Shown in pieces: positions 1-10,611 of a DNA stretch of 64,000 nt; position 1 is the stretch's first letter, and each line of letters opens with the position of its first letter. The position numbers and the translations under genes were made by a program. This stretch comes from Eledone cirrhosa (lineage: Eukaryota): NCBI GenBank assembly GCA_964016885.1, contig OZ024744.1, positions 106,640,001 to 106,704,000 of the forward strand, written 5' to 3'. A model generated the notes under the pieces. It ran no database searches. It had not been told where the DNA came from and worked only from the letters and a program-made list of their open reading frames with translations.

Positions 1-40
1 AGACGTACATATTATGTTTATTTTAATATATGACGAAAGC

Positions 41-185
41 CTCTCTCTCTCTCTCTCTCTAATATCCCAATAGACTTTATAAAGTCTTTTATTATTTTAT
101 AAAAATCTATTACTCTCTCTCTCTCTCTCTCTCATATCCTAATAGACTTTATAAAGTCTTTTATTATTTTATAAAAATCTATTAT
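41..185. repeat. 72-bp tandem duplication containing (CT)n tracts
   Basis: (CT)n followed by atatcc(c/t)aatagactttataaagtcttttattattttataaaaatctatta occurs twice; the palindrome agactttataaagtct sits at 72-87 and 144-159 (period 72). Confidence 0.9.
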
Positions 186-660
186 TTTTCCCACTAGTAA
201 ACATATGTGTTATTGTTGTATTTGGTAAATTGTGTCACCTCATATTTATGTACTATGTACATGTATCTATTTCTAGCTATGATGTATATGTCACTCACCT
301 TCCCCACTATTTCCGTTTGTTTATTTTTTTAATGAAATTAATTTATTCATTAAGAAATATCACTCCTTCTTGTATGTCGCCAATCGTATAGTCACCCCAT
401 TTTTAAACATTTGTAGCATTATAACAAATTTGTGTAATTATATATAAGAGCTATTTTAGTTTCTTTGGTGGGTGATAGTCTATTTGCTTTTACAAGCATC
501 TTGTATGAATTGGTTGACATCTTATAACCTGGAACGATGGAGAGGAAGGTAGTCGTTGCCAGATATTAGCACAACCGAATCAACACAGATTTTTAAAATC
601 TCATATTGCTAATAATAAAAATTTGTTTTTTATTTTGTAGATATGTTGACTTTTTTTTAC

Positions 661-661
<1 letters not shown>

Positions 662-693
<32 letters not shown>
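662..693. repeat. (ATT)n microsatellite
   Basis: About 10 uninterrupted tat/att units. Confidence 0.95.
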
Positions 694-695
<2 letters not shown>

Positions 696-1370
696 GAAAG
701 ACTGATTTCAATGGGAAATCATTTTTTTTTTTCCGTGTGCCATCAATTAAACTTATCTCCTGATATGCTACGAAGGTGTGTGTGTGTGAGGGGGGGGGGG
801 GGGGGGGCTTTCACTCCCCCCGGGATTAGGATTAGAGGATAAAGAAAACTCTGAGATGGTGGCAGGTTCGAGGGTCCCCCCCCCCCTTGTTTTCCCGGGG
901 GTAAAGACTCCTTTGTAGCATGTTCGTATGTAATTAGTAGGTAGTCCACAAAAAAAAAAAAAAAAAACGAGGGAAAATGAACCCTGGAAAAAAGTCCTTA
1001 GGACCATATTAGGTGACAAGTTTGATAGCAAAAACTATTTCCCCACTAAAATCGATGGTGGTATTTTTCTAGTTGCTTATTTACGTTTTGTGTAGTTTAA
1101 TATTTAGTTCAGTCCCTCAACATATTCAAAACTCTACATTATGTTTATGCCAATTCAATCCCTCTACACACACAGAACTCTACATACACATAACTCTACA
1201 TATACAGAACTCTACATTACGTTTATGTTGATGTTTGCCTTTCATATTCCATAAAGTAATCCCAGTCATACATTTGAATGGATTTAAACTGTCTCTGTTT
1301 ACCCTATTAACTTTTTGAGGCCGTTGTTTTTTTTTAATGTTGAATATATGTTGTTTGCTTTTATGTTTAG

Positions 1371-1586
<216 letters not shown>

Positions 1587-1759
1587 TAACTTTGAATGTC
1601 TATAATAAAATACATTTTCAAATGTCTATAATTTCTAATGGTAAATTTCAACCGTTTTAAGCCAGTTCCATTTTTAGTATCGTAGAATGTACTATTTAAC
1701 ATGTGCTGTTTTTTGTGTATATTTTCTTATCTTTTTCTTTTTTGTTTTAATTTCTACAG

Positions 1760-1825
1760 GAACACCATGAAGAAGATTTCTTCCTGTATATAGCATATAG
1801 TGATGAAAGTGTCTATGGACAGTAA
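1760..1825 (+). CDS. GABARAP: GABARAP/Atg8 last coding exon
   Basis: Polypyrimidine tract and ctacag acceptor ending at 1759. Phase-0 exon EHHEEDFFLYIAYSDESVYGQ* includes the conserved C-terminal Gly used for lipidation, followed by one residue; stop TAA at 1823-1825. Missing from the ORF track. Confidence 0.96.
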   Translation, partial: EHHEEDFFLYIAYSDESVYGQ

Positions 1826-1990
1826 TTTGACATTTTTTTTAAATATTCAATGTTGTTATTTATATTATCTACTACATTTTTGTGAGTTGTTGGTTGCTTA
1901 AATCGCAGCTGATATGTAAATATAAAGCTATGTGTGATAGTAACTAAACTATCACATTGAACCATTATCAGTGTATGTGGATATGTTATG

Positions 1991-2176
1991 AATAAACTAC
2001 GCCTAACAACTCCATCATTGGTTGCTCATTTTATCACTAACATCTACAATATACTATGAAATAATGCTCGCTTCTTGCTTTATTCCTAAATAGTTAGAGC
2101 TTTATCTACTTTGAAAGTAAAAGAAGAAAAAATAAAATAAATTTACTGAATGTTAGCTTGTTACACTGCAATAAAC
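1991..2176 (+). promoter_or_regulatory. Candidate polyadenylation signals of the GABARAP 3' UTR
   Basis: AATAAA at 1991, 2131/2136 and 2170 downstream of the stop codon. In AT-rich DNA the site actually used cannot be determined. Confidence 0.4.
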
Positions 2177-2338
2177 TGATATTAACATGTTTCTTCATGT
2201 GCTGAGTCTCTTTTCGCCATTTTCTTCTTATCATACTCAATATAGTTTGAGCAAAGTCAGTTGTTTTCATTTATAGTTAAATTGATTTTGTTTCCATTCT
2301 CGAAATATTTATTTCATTTCATTATTGTCATCTTCATC

Positions 2339-2450
2339 TGAGTTCAAATCCCGCCGAGGTTGACTTAGCCTTTCATCCTTACGAGGTCGATAAAATAAAG
2401 TACCAGTAATGCACTGGGTAATTGCTGGCCTTGTGCCTAAAGTAGAAACA
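2339..2450 (+). mobile_element. 5'-truncated tRNA-derived SINE (Meta-domain-like core) with 18-bp TSD
   Basis: Starts at a Pol III B-box (gagttcaaatcc), followed by gccgaggttgacttagcctttcatccttacgaggtcgataaaataaagtacca. Flanked by the exact direct repeat attattgtcatcttcatc at 2321-2338 and 2451-2468. Confidence 0.85.
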
Positions 2451-2844
2451 ATTATTGTCATCTTCATCAAAATTTGTTTCCAAACATTTTTTTTTAGTAA
2501 AACAGCAAAAGTAACAAATATTTGGAGTTAACAAAAAGTGTTGTTGATGAAATACTCTGAAGATAAAGATTGTTATGATTGATGTAGCAGTGGTATAAGG
2601 GACTACAATATGCAGAATTGTCCCTTCAATGATTTGGGTCAAGTGGCTTTGCTCGGTGTGTGGAGACAATGAAAATACTGGGGACGGAAACTAGTGGAAG
2701 ACAACATGTAAACTGTAAAACAATCAGACAGTCCATGCAGCTGCTGGAATGTTAGTTGTTTATGTCTGAAGACTAGAGATAACTGAGGTACTCCTTGGGT
2801 TATAGGATGGTAGCAAAGTATATCTGAAGACGTGAGATAAGTGA

Positions 2845-3911
2845 GAATGAATATACATCCTTTGTTATCATCCTATTTTCATACTATAACTGCAATGGCT
2901 ACAGTTATAGTATAATTGCAGTTGAGTTAGTAGGTTAGTATATTCTTTATTTTTTATTCGATGATGTAGTTAAATCCATGAAGTTATCCTACCCTAAAAC
3001 CATTAATCTGGATACCTAAATACAGAATGTTACGCGATGCCCCCCCCCCCCTCCCGCTCGGGCGGACAGGATGGAGAAGGCGTTCCCGCAGAGAAGCCAC
3101 TTCAACTCGTGGGATTCACACCTGCGGCTGGCCAGCCCAGCGCCTCTGGTGGTGAGTAAGGAAGTAGCCCTGGGGCCGAGGACACCAGAGGTCTCCACTG
3201 CCAGGGGTACAACCGCAAACCTGTCGGAGAGCAACCGGTATTTGAGGAACTTGGCCTCCTCAGCCCGATGTACAGCAGAACCTGGGTTAGTTGCAGCTGC
3301 AGAAAGTGTCAGTGCAAGTGGCATACCAGACGAGGGGTTTGCCACCGCGGAATGGGAAGATGGTCATGCCATCTAGCCTTTTGCTGTCCCCTCGGTCCAG
3401 CCCCACCGGCTCGAGTTGGGAAGGGAAGCCAGCAGCGTCCAAGCCATCCTTTAAGACCTCGTTGAGGGCAGCATTGCGTGGAAGGCGGCCGGCACTGTGG
3501 AGGCCGAAAGAGTCCACGGTGGATCCGCAGCGACATTGGTGTGGCTGGCAGATCCGGAGACCGAGCCTCAAGGAAATGCCAATGCGCGGGCTATGGTTGT
3601 CTAGCTGTGTGCCAGTGGAGAAGGAGAGCAGGGCATGGAGCCAGGCACCACTGTGGGGTTTGGAGGCCGCACGAAAGCAGGCAAGGCGGTGCTGGTCGAG
3701 CTGGCGTGTGAGCCTGTCTGAGGCCAGGCTGCACTGGATGGCATCCCAAGTGGTTTGGGAGGGACTTGACGACAACAGGAGGAGAAGGAGGAGGGATGTC
3801 TACTGGGCTAAGTCCCAGCCGGACCCGTGTCTCACAGGCGGCCTCATGTTCTCTGAACACAGAGGGTTCTATTATGAAAATAGGATGGTAACAAACTATG
3901 TATATTCATTC
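2845..3911. repeat. 39-bp imperfect inverted repeats (2845-2883 / 3873-3911) bounding ~1.07 kb
   Basis: The reverse complement of gaatgaatatacatcctttgttatcatcctattttcata matches tatgaaaataggatggtaacaaactatgtatattcattc at 36/39 positions. Confidence 0.75.
3050..3865 (-). mobile_element. Degenerate 3' fragment of a CRE-like non-LTR retrotransposon (zinc knuckle + restriction-like endonuclease)
   Basis: Overlapping minus-strand ORFs give SGAWLHAL..GTQLDN..RIGISLRLG..CRCG..VDSFGLH, EPVGLDRGDSKRLDGMTIFPFRGGKPLVWYATCTDT and AEEAKFLKY..VPLAVETSGVLGP, the typical RLE C-terminus. Frameshifted and markedly GC-rich relative to the flanks. Confidence 0.8.
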
Positions 3912-4222
3912 ATTTTAATTATCTGTCTATAGATGGTAAGCCAGAACAAAGAAAGAAGGTATCTGATATTCCTTATACACGAGAAGAAGAAAAGAACAGC
4001 TAATGAAGAAGTTAAATGTATCTTGTTAAATATTTTTGTAACCTCTGAATCGGAAGACCATAATTGTAGATGGCAAATCTTTGAGAAATTATTACACCTC
4101 TAACCTAAGGAGTTTTTGTATAAAACCAGATTTAAAACGGCCTCCTTTGCAGATTGGTAAATTTTGTATTGGTACAAATACTGCCTTACTTGTGAATAGT
4201 CTACATAATATTGCACAGTTTT

Positions 4223-7200
4223 GAGGTATATATACCTGCATATAGTGACAACAACATTACTGTGATAACATTTTACCTGTTGGTGGTAAAATATAATTAA
4301 AAGGTATATATACCTGTATATAACATTAGTGTGGTAACATACTACCTGTAGCTGGTACAGTACAATTAAGAGGTATATATACCTGTATATAACAACATTA
4401 GTGTGGTAACATACTACCTGTTGGTGGTACAGTATAATTAAGAGGTTTATATACCTCTATATAACATTAGTGTGGTAACATACTACCTGTTGGTGGTACA
4501 GTACAATTAAGAGGTATATATACCTGTATATAACAACATTAGTGTGGTAACATACTACCTGTTGGTGGTACAGTACAATTAAGAGGTATATATACCTGTA
4601 TATAACATTAGTGTGGTAACATACTACCTGTTGGTGGTACAGTACAATTAAGAGGTATATATACCTGTATATAATATTAGTGTGGTAACATACTACCTGT
4701 TGGTGGTACAGTATAATTTAGAGGTATATATACCTGTATATAACATTAGTGTGGTAACATACTACCTGTTGGTGGTACAGTATAATTTAGAGGTATATAT
4801 ACCTGTATATAACATTAGTGTGGTAACATACTACCTGTTGGTGGTACAATATAATTAAGAGGTATATATACCTGTATATAACAACATTAGTGTGGTAACA
4901 TACTACCTGTTGGTGATACAGTATAATTAAGAGGTATATATACCTGTATATAGCATTAGTGTGGTAACATACTACCTGTTGGTGGTACAGTATAATTTAG
5001 AGGTATATATACCTGTATATAACATTAGTGTGGTAACATACTACCTGTAGGTGGTACAATATAATTAAGAGGTATATAACATTAGTGTGGTAACATACTA
5101 CCTGTAGGTGGTACAATATAATTAAGAGGTATATAACATTAGTGTGGTAACATACTACCTGTTGGTGGTACAGTATAATTAAGAGGTATATATACCTGTA
5201 TATAACATTAGTGTGGTAACATACTACCTGTAGCTGGTACAGTATAATTTAGAGGTATATATACCTGTATATAACATTAGTGTGGTAACATACTACCTGT
5301 TGGTGGTACAGTATAATTAAGAGGTATATATACCTGTATATAACAACATTAGTGTGGTAACATACTACCTGTTGGTGGTACAGTATAATTAAGAGGTTTA
5401 TATACCTCTATATAACATTAGTGTGGTAACATACTACCTGTTGGTGGTACAGTACAATTAAGAGGTATATATACCTGTATATAACATTAGTGTGGTAACA
5501 TACTACCTGTTGGTGGTACAGTATAATTAAGAGGTATATATACCTGTATATAACATTAGTGTGGTAACATACTATCTGTTGGTGGTACAGTACAATTAAG
5601 AGGTATATATACCTGTATATAACATTAGTGTGGTAACATACTACCTGTTGGTGGTACAGTACAATTGAGAGGTATATATACCTGTATATAACATTAGTGT
5701 GGTAACATACTACCTGCAGGTGGTACAATATAATTATGAGGTATATATACCTGTATATAACAACATTAGTGTGGTAACATACTACCTGTAGGTGGTACAA
5801 TATAATTAAGAGGTATATATACCTGTATATAACATTAGTGTGGTAACATACTACCTGTTGGTGGTACAGTACAATTAAGAGGTATATATACCTGTATATA
5901 ACAACATTAGTGTGGTAACATACTACCTGTTGGTGGTACAGTACAATTAAGAGGTATATATACCTGTATATAACATTAGTGTGGTAACATACTACCTGTT
6001 GGTGGTACAGTACAATTAAGAGGTATATATACCTGTATATAACAACATTAGTGTGGTAACATACTACCTGTAGGTGGTACAATATAATTAAGAGGTATAT
6101 ATACCTGTATATAACATTAGTGTGGTAACATACTACCTGTTGGTGGTACAGTACAATTAAGAGGTATATATACCTGTATATAACAACATTAGTGTGGTAA
6201 CATACTACCTGTTGGTGGTACAGTACAATTAAGAGGTATATATACCTGTATATAACATTAGTGTGGTAACATACTACCTGTTGGTGGTACAGTACAATTA
6301 AGAGGTATATATACCTGTATATAACAACATTAGTGTGGTAACATACTACCTGTTGGTGGTACAGTATAATTTAGAGGTATATATACCTGTATATAACATT
6401 AGTGTGGTAACATACTACCTGTTGGTGGTACAGTACAATTAAGAGGTATATATACCTGTATATAACATTAGTGTGGTAACATACTACCTGTTGGTGGTAC
6501 AGTATAATTAAGAGGTATATATACCTGTATATAACATTAGTGTGGTAACATACTACCTGTTGGTGGTACAGTACAATTAAGAGGTATATATACCTGTATA
6601 TAACATTAGTGTGGTAACATACTACCTGTTGGTGGTACAGTACAATTAAGAGGTATATATACCTGTATATAACATTAGTGTGGTAACATACTACCTGTTG
6701 GTGGTACAGTATAATTAAGAGGTATATATACCTGTATATAACATTAGTGTGGTAACATACTACCTGTTGGTGGTACAGTGCAATTAAGAGGTATATATAC
6801 CTGTATATAACATTAGTGTGGTAACATACTACCTGTAGGTGGTACAGTATAATTAAGAGGTATATATACCTGTATATAACATTAGTGTGGTAACATACTA
6901 CCTGTTGGTGGTACAGTATAATTAAGAGGTATATATACCTGTATATAACAACATTAGTGTGGTAACATACTACCTGTTGGTGATACAGTATAATTAAGAG
7001 GTATATATACCTGTATATAACAACATTAGTGTGGTAACATACTACCTGTTGGTGGTACAGTACAATTAAGAGGTATATATACCTGTATATAACAACATTA
7101 GTGTGGTAACATACTACCTGTTGGTGGTACAGTACAATTAAGAGGTATATATACCTGTATATAACAACATTAGTGTGGTAACATACTACCTGTTGGTGGT

Positions 7201-8283
7201 ACAGTACAATTAAGAGGTATATATACCTGTATATAACATTAGTGTGGTAACATACTACCTGTTGGTGGTACAGTACAATTTAGAGGTATATATACCTGTA
7301 TATAACATTAGTGTGGTAACATACTACCTGTTGGTGGTACAATATAATTAAGAGGTATATATACCTGTATATAACATTAGTGTGGTAACATACTACCTGT
7401 TGGTGGTACAATATAATTAAGAGGTATATATACCTGTATATAACATTAGTGTGGTAACATACTACCTGTTGGTGGTACAGTATAATTAAGAGGTATATAT
7501 ACCTGTATATAACAACATTAGTGTGGTAACATACTACCTGTAGGTGGTACAATATAATTTAGAGGTATATATACCTGTATATAACAACATTAGTGTGGTA
7601 ACATACTACCTGTTGGTGGTACAGTATAATTAAGAGGTATATATACCTGTATATAACATTAGTGTGGTAACATACTACCTGTTGGTGGTACAGTATAATT
7701 AAGAGGTATATATACCTGTATATAACATTAGTGTGGTAACATACTACCTGTTGGTGGTACAGTACAATTAAGAGGTATATATACCTGTATATAACATTAG
7801 TGTGGTAACATACTACCTGTTGGTGGTACAGTACAATTAAGAGGTATATATACCTGTATATAACATTAGTGTGGTAACATACTACCTGTTGGTGGTACAG
7901 TATAATTAAGAGGTATATATACCTGTATATAACATTAGTGTGGTAACATACTACCTGTTGGTGGTACAGTACAATTAAGAGGTATATATACCTGTATATA
8001 ACAACATTAGTGTGGTAACATACTACCTGTTGGTGGTACAGTAGAATTTAGAGGTATATATACCTGTATATAACATTAGTGTGGTAACATACTACCTGTT
8101 GGTGGTACAGTACAATTAAGAGGTATATATACCTGTATATAACAACATTAGTGTGGTAACATACTACCTGTTGGTGGTACAGTAGAATTTAGAGGTATAT
8201 ATACCTGTATATAACATTAGTGTGGTAACATACTACCTGTTGGTGGTACAGTAGAATTTAGAGGTATATATACCTCTATATAA
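4223..8283. repeat. 69/72-bp minisatellite, about 58 copies
   Basis: Unit taacattagtgtggtaacatactacctgttggtggtacagta(c/t)aattaagaggtatatatacctgtata (69 bp; 72 bp with an extra aac). Two 55-bp deletion units lie near 5060-5140, and the first unit (4223-4320) is degenerate. Confidence 0.98.
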
Positions 8284-8339
8284 TGACATCAACATTAGCG
8301 TTGCTCCTTATATTTTGGTTTTTGTGCTATTGTACATCA

Positions 8340-9097
8340 GCAATACACTTACTTCCTGAAGATAAAAAGGGAACTACTGATATAAGACACATAGGCATGA
8401 TGGTGGAATCATTATTCCATCTCATAGAAAAAGTGTTCCCCAATCTTGAATATCAGTTTGCAAGTCATAAGTGGCTCAGTGAAAGGGCTATATTGACCCT
8501 GAAAAATGTGACTGTGAAATTGGTAAATTGTTAAAAAGAATTCCAAAGGTTTCAAAGCTCTATCGATATGTCAACACTATGGTGGAACAGTCGGAATCTG
8601 TCAATTACCCAACAGAGTTCCTCAACTCTTTAAAATATCAGGAATGCCTCCATATGTCTTTCACCTTAAATAAGGAACACTCATCATGTAATTGAGGAAT
8701 TTTGACCCACCAAGGCTATGTAATGGCTCAACTGGTTGTGAAAAATATATATCCACATGTGATTCAAGCCACCATTTCAACAGAACGTGGTAGGGGAGAG
8801 GATGTGTTCTTTCCAAGAATTCCTCTTATCCCCACTGAATTCCCATTTCAATTCAAAAGACTTCAATTTCCAGTGAGTCTTAGTTTTGCCATGACCATCA
8901 ACAAATCACAAGGACAAACATTTTCTGTTGCCAGTTAACACTTAGAAGAGCGTTGCTTCACCCATGCTTTACATTAGTTGTCCTCATCAAGGGGATTATC
9001 ATTCAGGGAAGACATGATCAGACATGGAATAAAAAAAATTTGAAATAAAGGCATACTATTGTGATTATTGGCCGGCAACAACAGGCTACTCAGCTAG
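8340..9097 (+). mobile_element. Helitron remnant: PIF1-type helicase C-terminal region and 3' end
   Basis: Frameshifted translation LIEKVFPNL..WLSERAIL..NYPTEFLNSL..GMPP..PPRLCNG..GEDVFFPRIPLIPTEFPFQFKRLQFPVSLSFAMTINKSQGQT. Ends ggccggcaacaacaggctactcagCTAG|T (CTAG at 9094-9097), the Helitron CTRR terminus before a T. Confidence 0.88.
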
Positions 9098-9149
9098 TAT
9101 ATATATATATATAACCGGAACAAGAATATGAGAATATGAAGATGTCGCA

Positions 9150-10313
9150 TCTCAGAGTTGCCACACTTAATGTTAGATCTAGTGAGATAGTGGAGATGCT
9201 GGAGAGAAGGCATGTGGATGCGTGCAAGAGGTGCCTCTGGAAGACTAATTGCAAGCAAACATCTTAGTTATAAGCTTTTCTTTTAATGATGATGGTTAGG
9301 TGGGGTAAGTATTTTACTGGCTGAGAGATGGATCGATAAGACAATAGAGGTAGTTAGAGTTAGTAATAGAATATTTAAGCTTAGATTAGTTGTAGGCAGG
9401 AGACTACTGACAATCATCTCTGCCTATGCTACCCAGACAGGCCTAGGTAAAGAAGTGAAAGACTGCTTTTACGAGCAACTTTTAGAAATAGCTGCAATGA
9501 CAGAAGACGGAGTCATCGTTATGCTAGCAGGGGACTTCAATGGTCATGTTGGGCAGCTCCAGGATCGATACACTGGGGCACATGGTGGGCAAGGTTATGG
9601 TTCAAGAAATGTAATGGAGTGAGGCTTCTTGAATTTTGTGATGCATGTGAACTAACCATTTGCAACACTAACTTCAGGAAACCTGCCAACCACCTAATAA
9701 CCTACAAATCAGGCGGGCACATAAGCCAGATTGACTTCCTGCTAGTTAGGCAGCGATACGGACAGATCGTGTCAAATACTAAGGCATACCCCGGGGAAGA
9801 ATGTACCCCACAGCATAAGTTACTCAGTAAGCAAGAGACAGAATGAGACAGGAAGGTGTGGAAAAGAAAGGTCTGGAAGCTAAAAGACATTTCACTAAAA
9901 TATAAATTTAGGAAAGCCCTTCAAGATGTGTATGACGATTTAGAGTCGTATGACATAGATGATAACTGGAATTTCTTACGTGACAACTTACTGCAGGCTA
10001 CTGAAGAAACTTGTGGCTGGAGCAGCACTCCAACCATATAGAGAGTGACCTGGTGGTGGAACAGCATGGTAGATAGGGTCATTAGACAAAAGTCTAGCAT
10101 GGAACGCTTGGAAAAATGGTGGGAGTAGAGAAGGATACACAGCCGCTAAGAGAGAAGCTAGACATCATTTGTACTTAGCACGCAGGGAGGCTGAGAGTTG
10201 GAGGTTTGCCAATGTTTTGCAACAGGAAGATCAGAGACGTGCAGTGTTCCGCATTGCAAGGCAGTGTGTCAGTGTAAATCAGGATGTTGTTGGAGATAAG
10301 TGTGTCCGGAATG
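9150..10313 (+). mobile_element. Old RTE-clade LINE fragment (APE endonuclease and linker), 3'-truncated
   Basis: LRVATLNV..EIVEMLERRHVD, IISAYATQTG, AGDFNGHVG, RLLEFCDACELTICNTNFRKPANHLITYKSG..QIDFLLVR. Colinear with 12952-14004 but with many stops and frameshifts; breaks off at ccggaatgat. Confidence 0.9.
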
Positions 10314-10611
10314 ATTCTTCAGTTAATGTCAGATAGTCCCAAAAACTGTTGCACTCAATACGTACACATTGCTCAACCAAAATATAACAGAAAGTCAAGG
10401 TAAGAAAGCATTCAACAAAGTCATTTGGCTGCTAGGCACGGTCCCTTCATTAAAAGGCTTGGGATCCCAACTTCATAGGAAGTGCCCAACTTTCTACCAT
10501 CACCAACACTGCCTGAATCCTATATTGAGCCTCTGAGATCAGGGACTGATCTGAGGCCAATTAACATACTTCATCTAGCAACCGACTGCTAGAGAAACCT
10601 TAGCCCCTAAA

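Noticed and set aside
606-1070. Short ORFs and G/C runs with a weak inverted repeat (about 802-824 / 893-911)
   Set aside because: The ORFs are low-complexity products of microsatellite and homopolymer tracts. The inverted match is too imperfect to call an element.
3071-3932. Plus-strand ORFs of 101 and 213 aa
   Set aside because: Antisense shadows of the GC-rich CRE-like fragment.
3932-4160. Possible small exons of another gene (ag|atggtaag..., ag|atggcaaa...|gtaaat)
   Set aside because: Splice-like words are present, but the translations are short and unrecognisable; unsupported without transcript data.
4321-4390. Minisatellite unit as a tandem micro-exon (ag...gt, CGNILPVGG resembling the Lon protease motif)
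   Set aside because: The implied introns would be only ~26-29 nt with no polypyrimidine tract, and the peptide match is too short to be meaningful.
5408-7552. Repeat-protein ORFs (YRYIYLLIVLYHQQVVCYHTNVI)n
   Set aside because: A by-product of the 69/72-bp unit being divisible by 3. The frame is broken by recurrent variant stops and has no true start or splice context.
8702-8938. Host PIF1 helicase gene
   Set aside because: Intronless, frameshifted and followed by a Helitron-type CTAG terminus, so better explained as a Helitron remnant.
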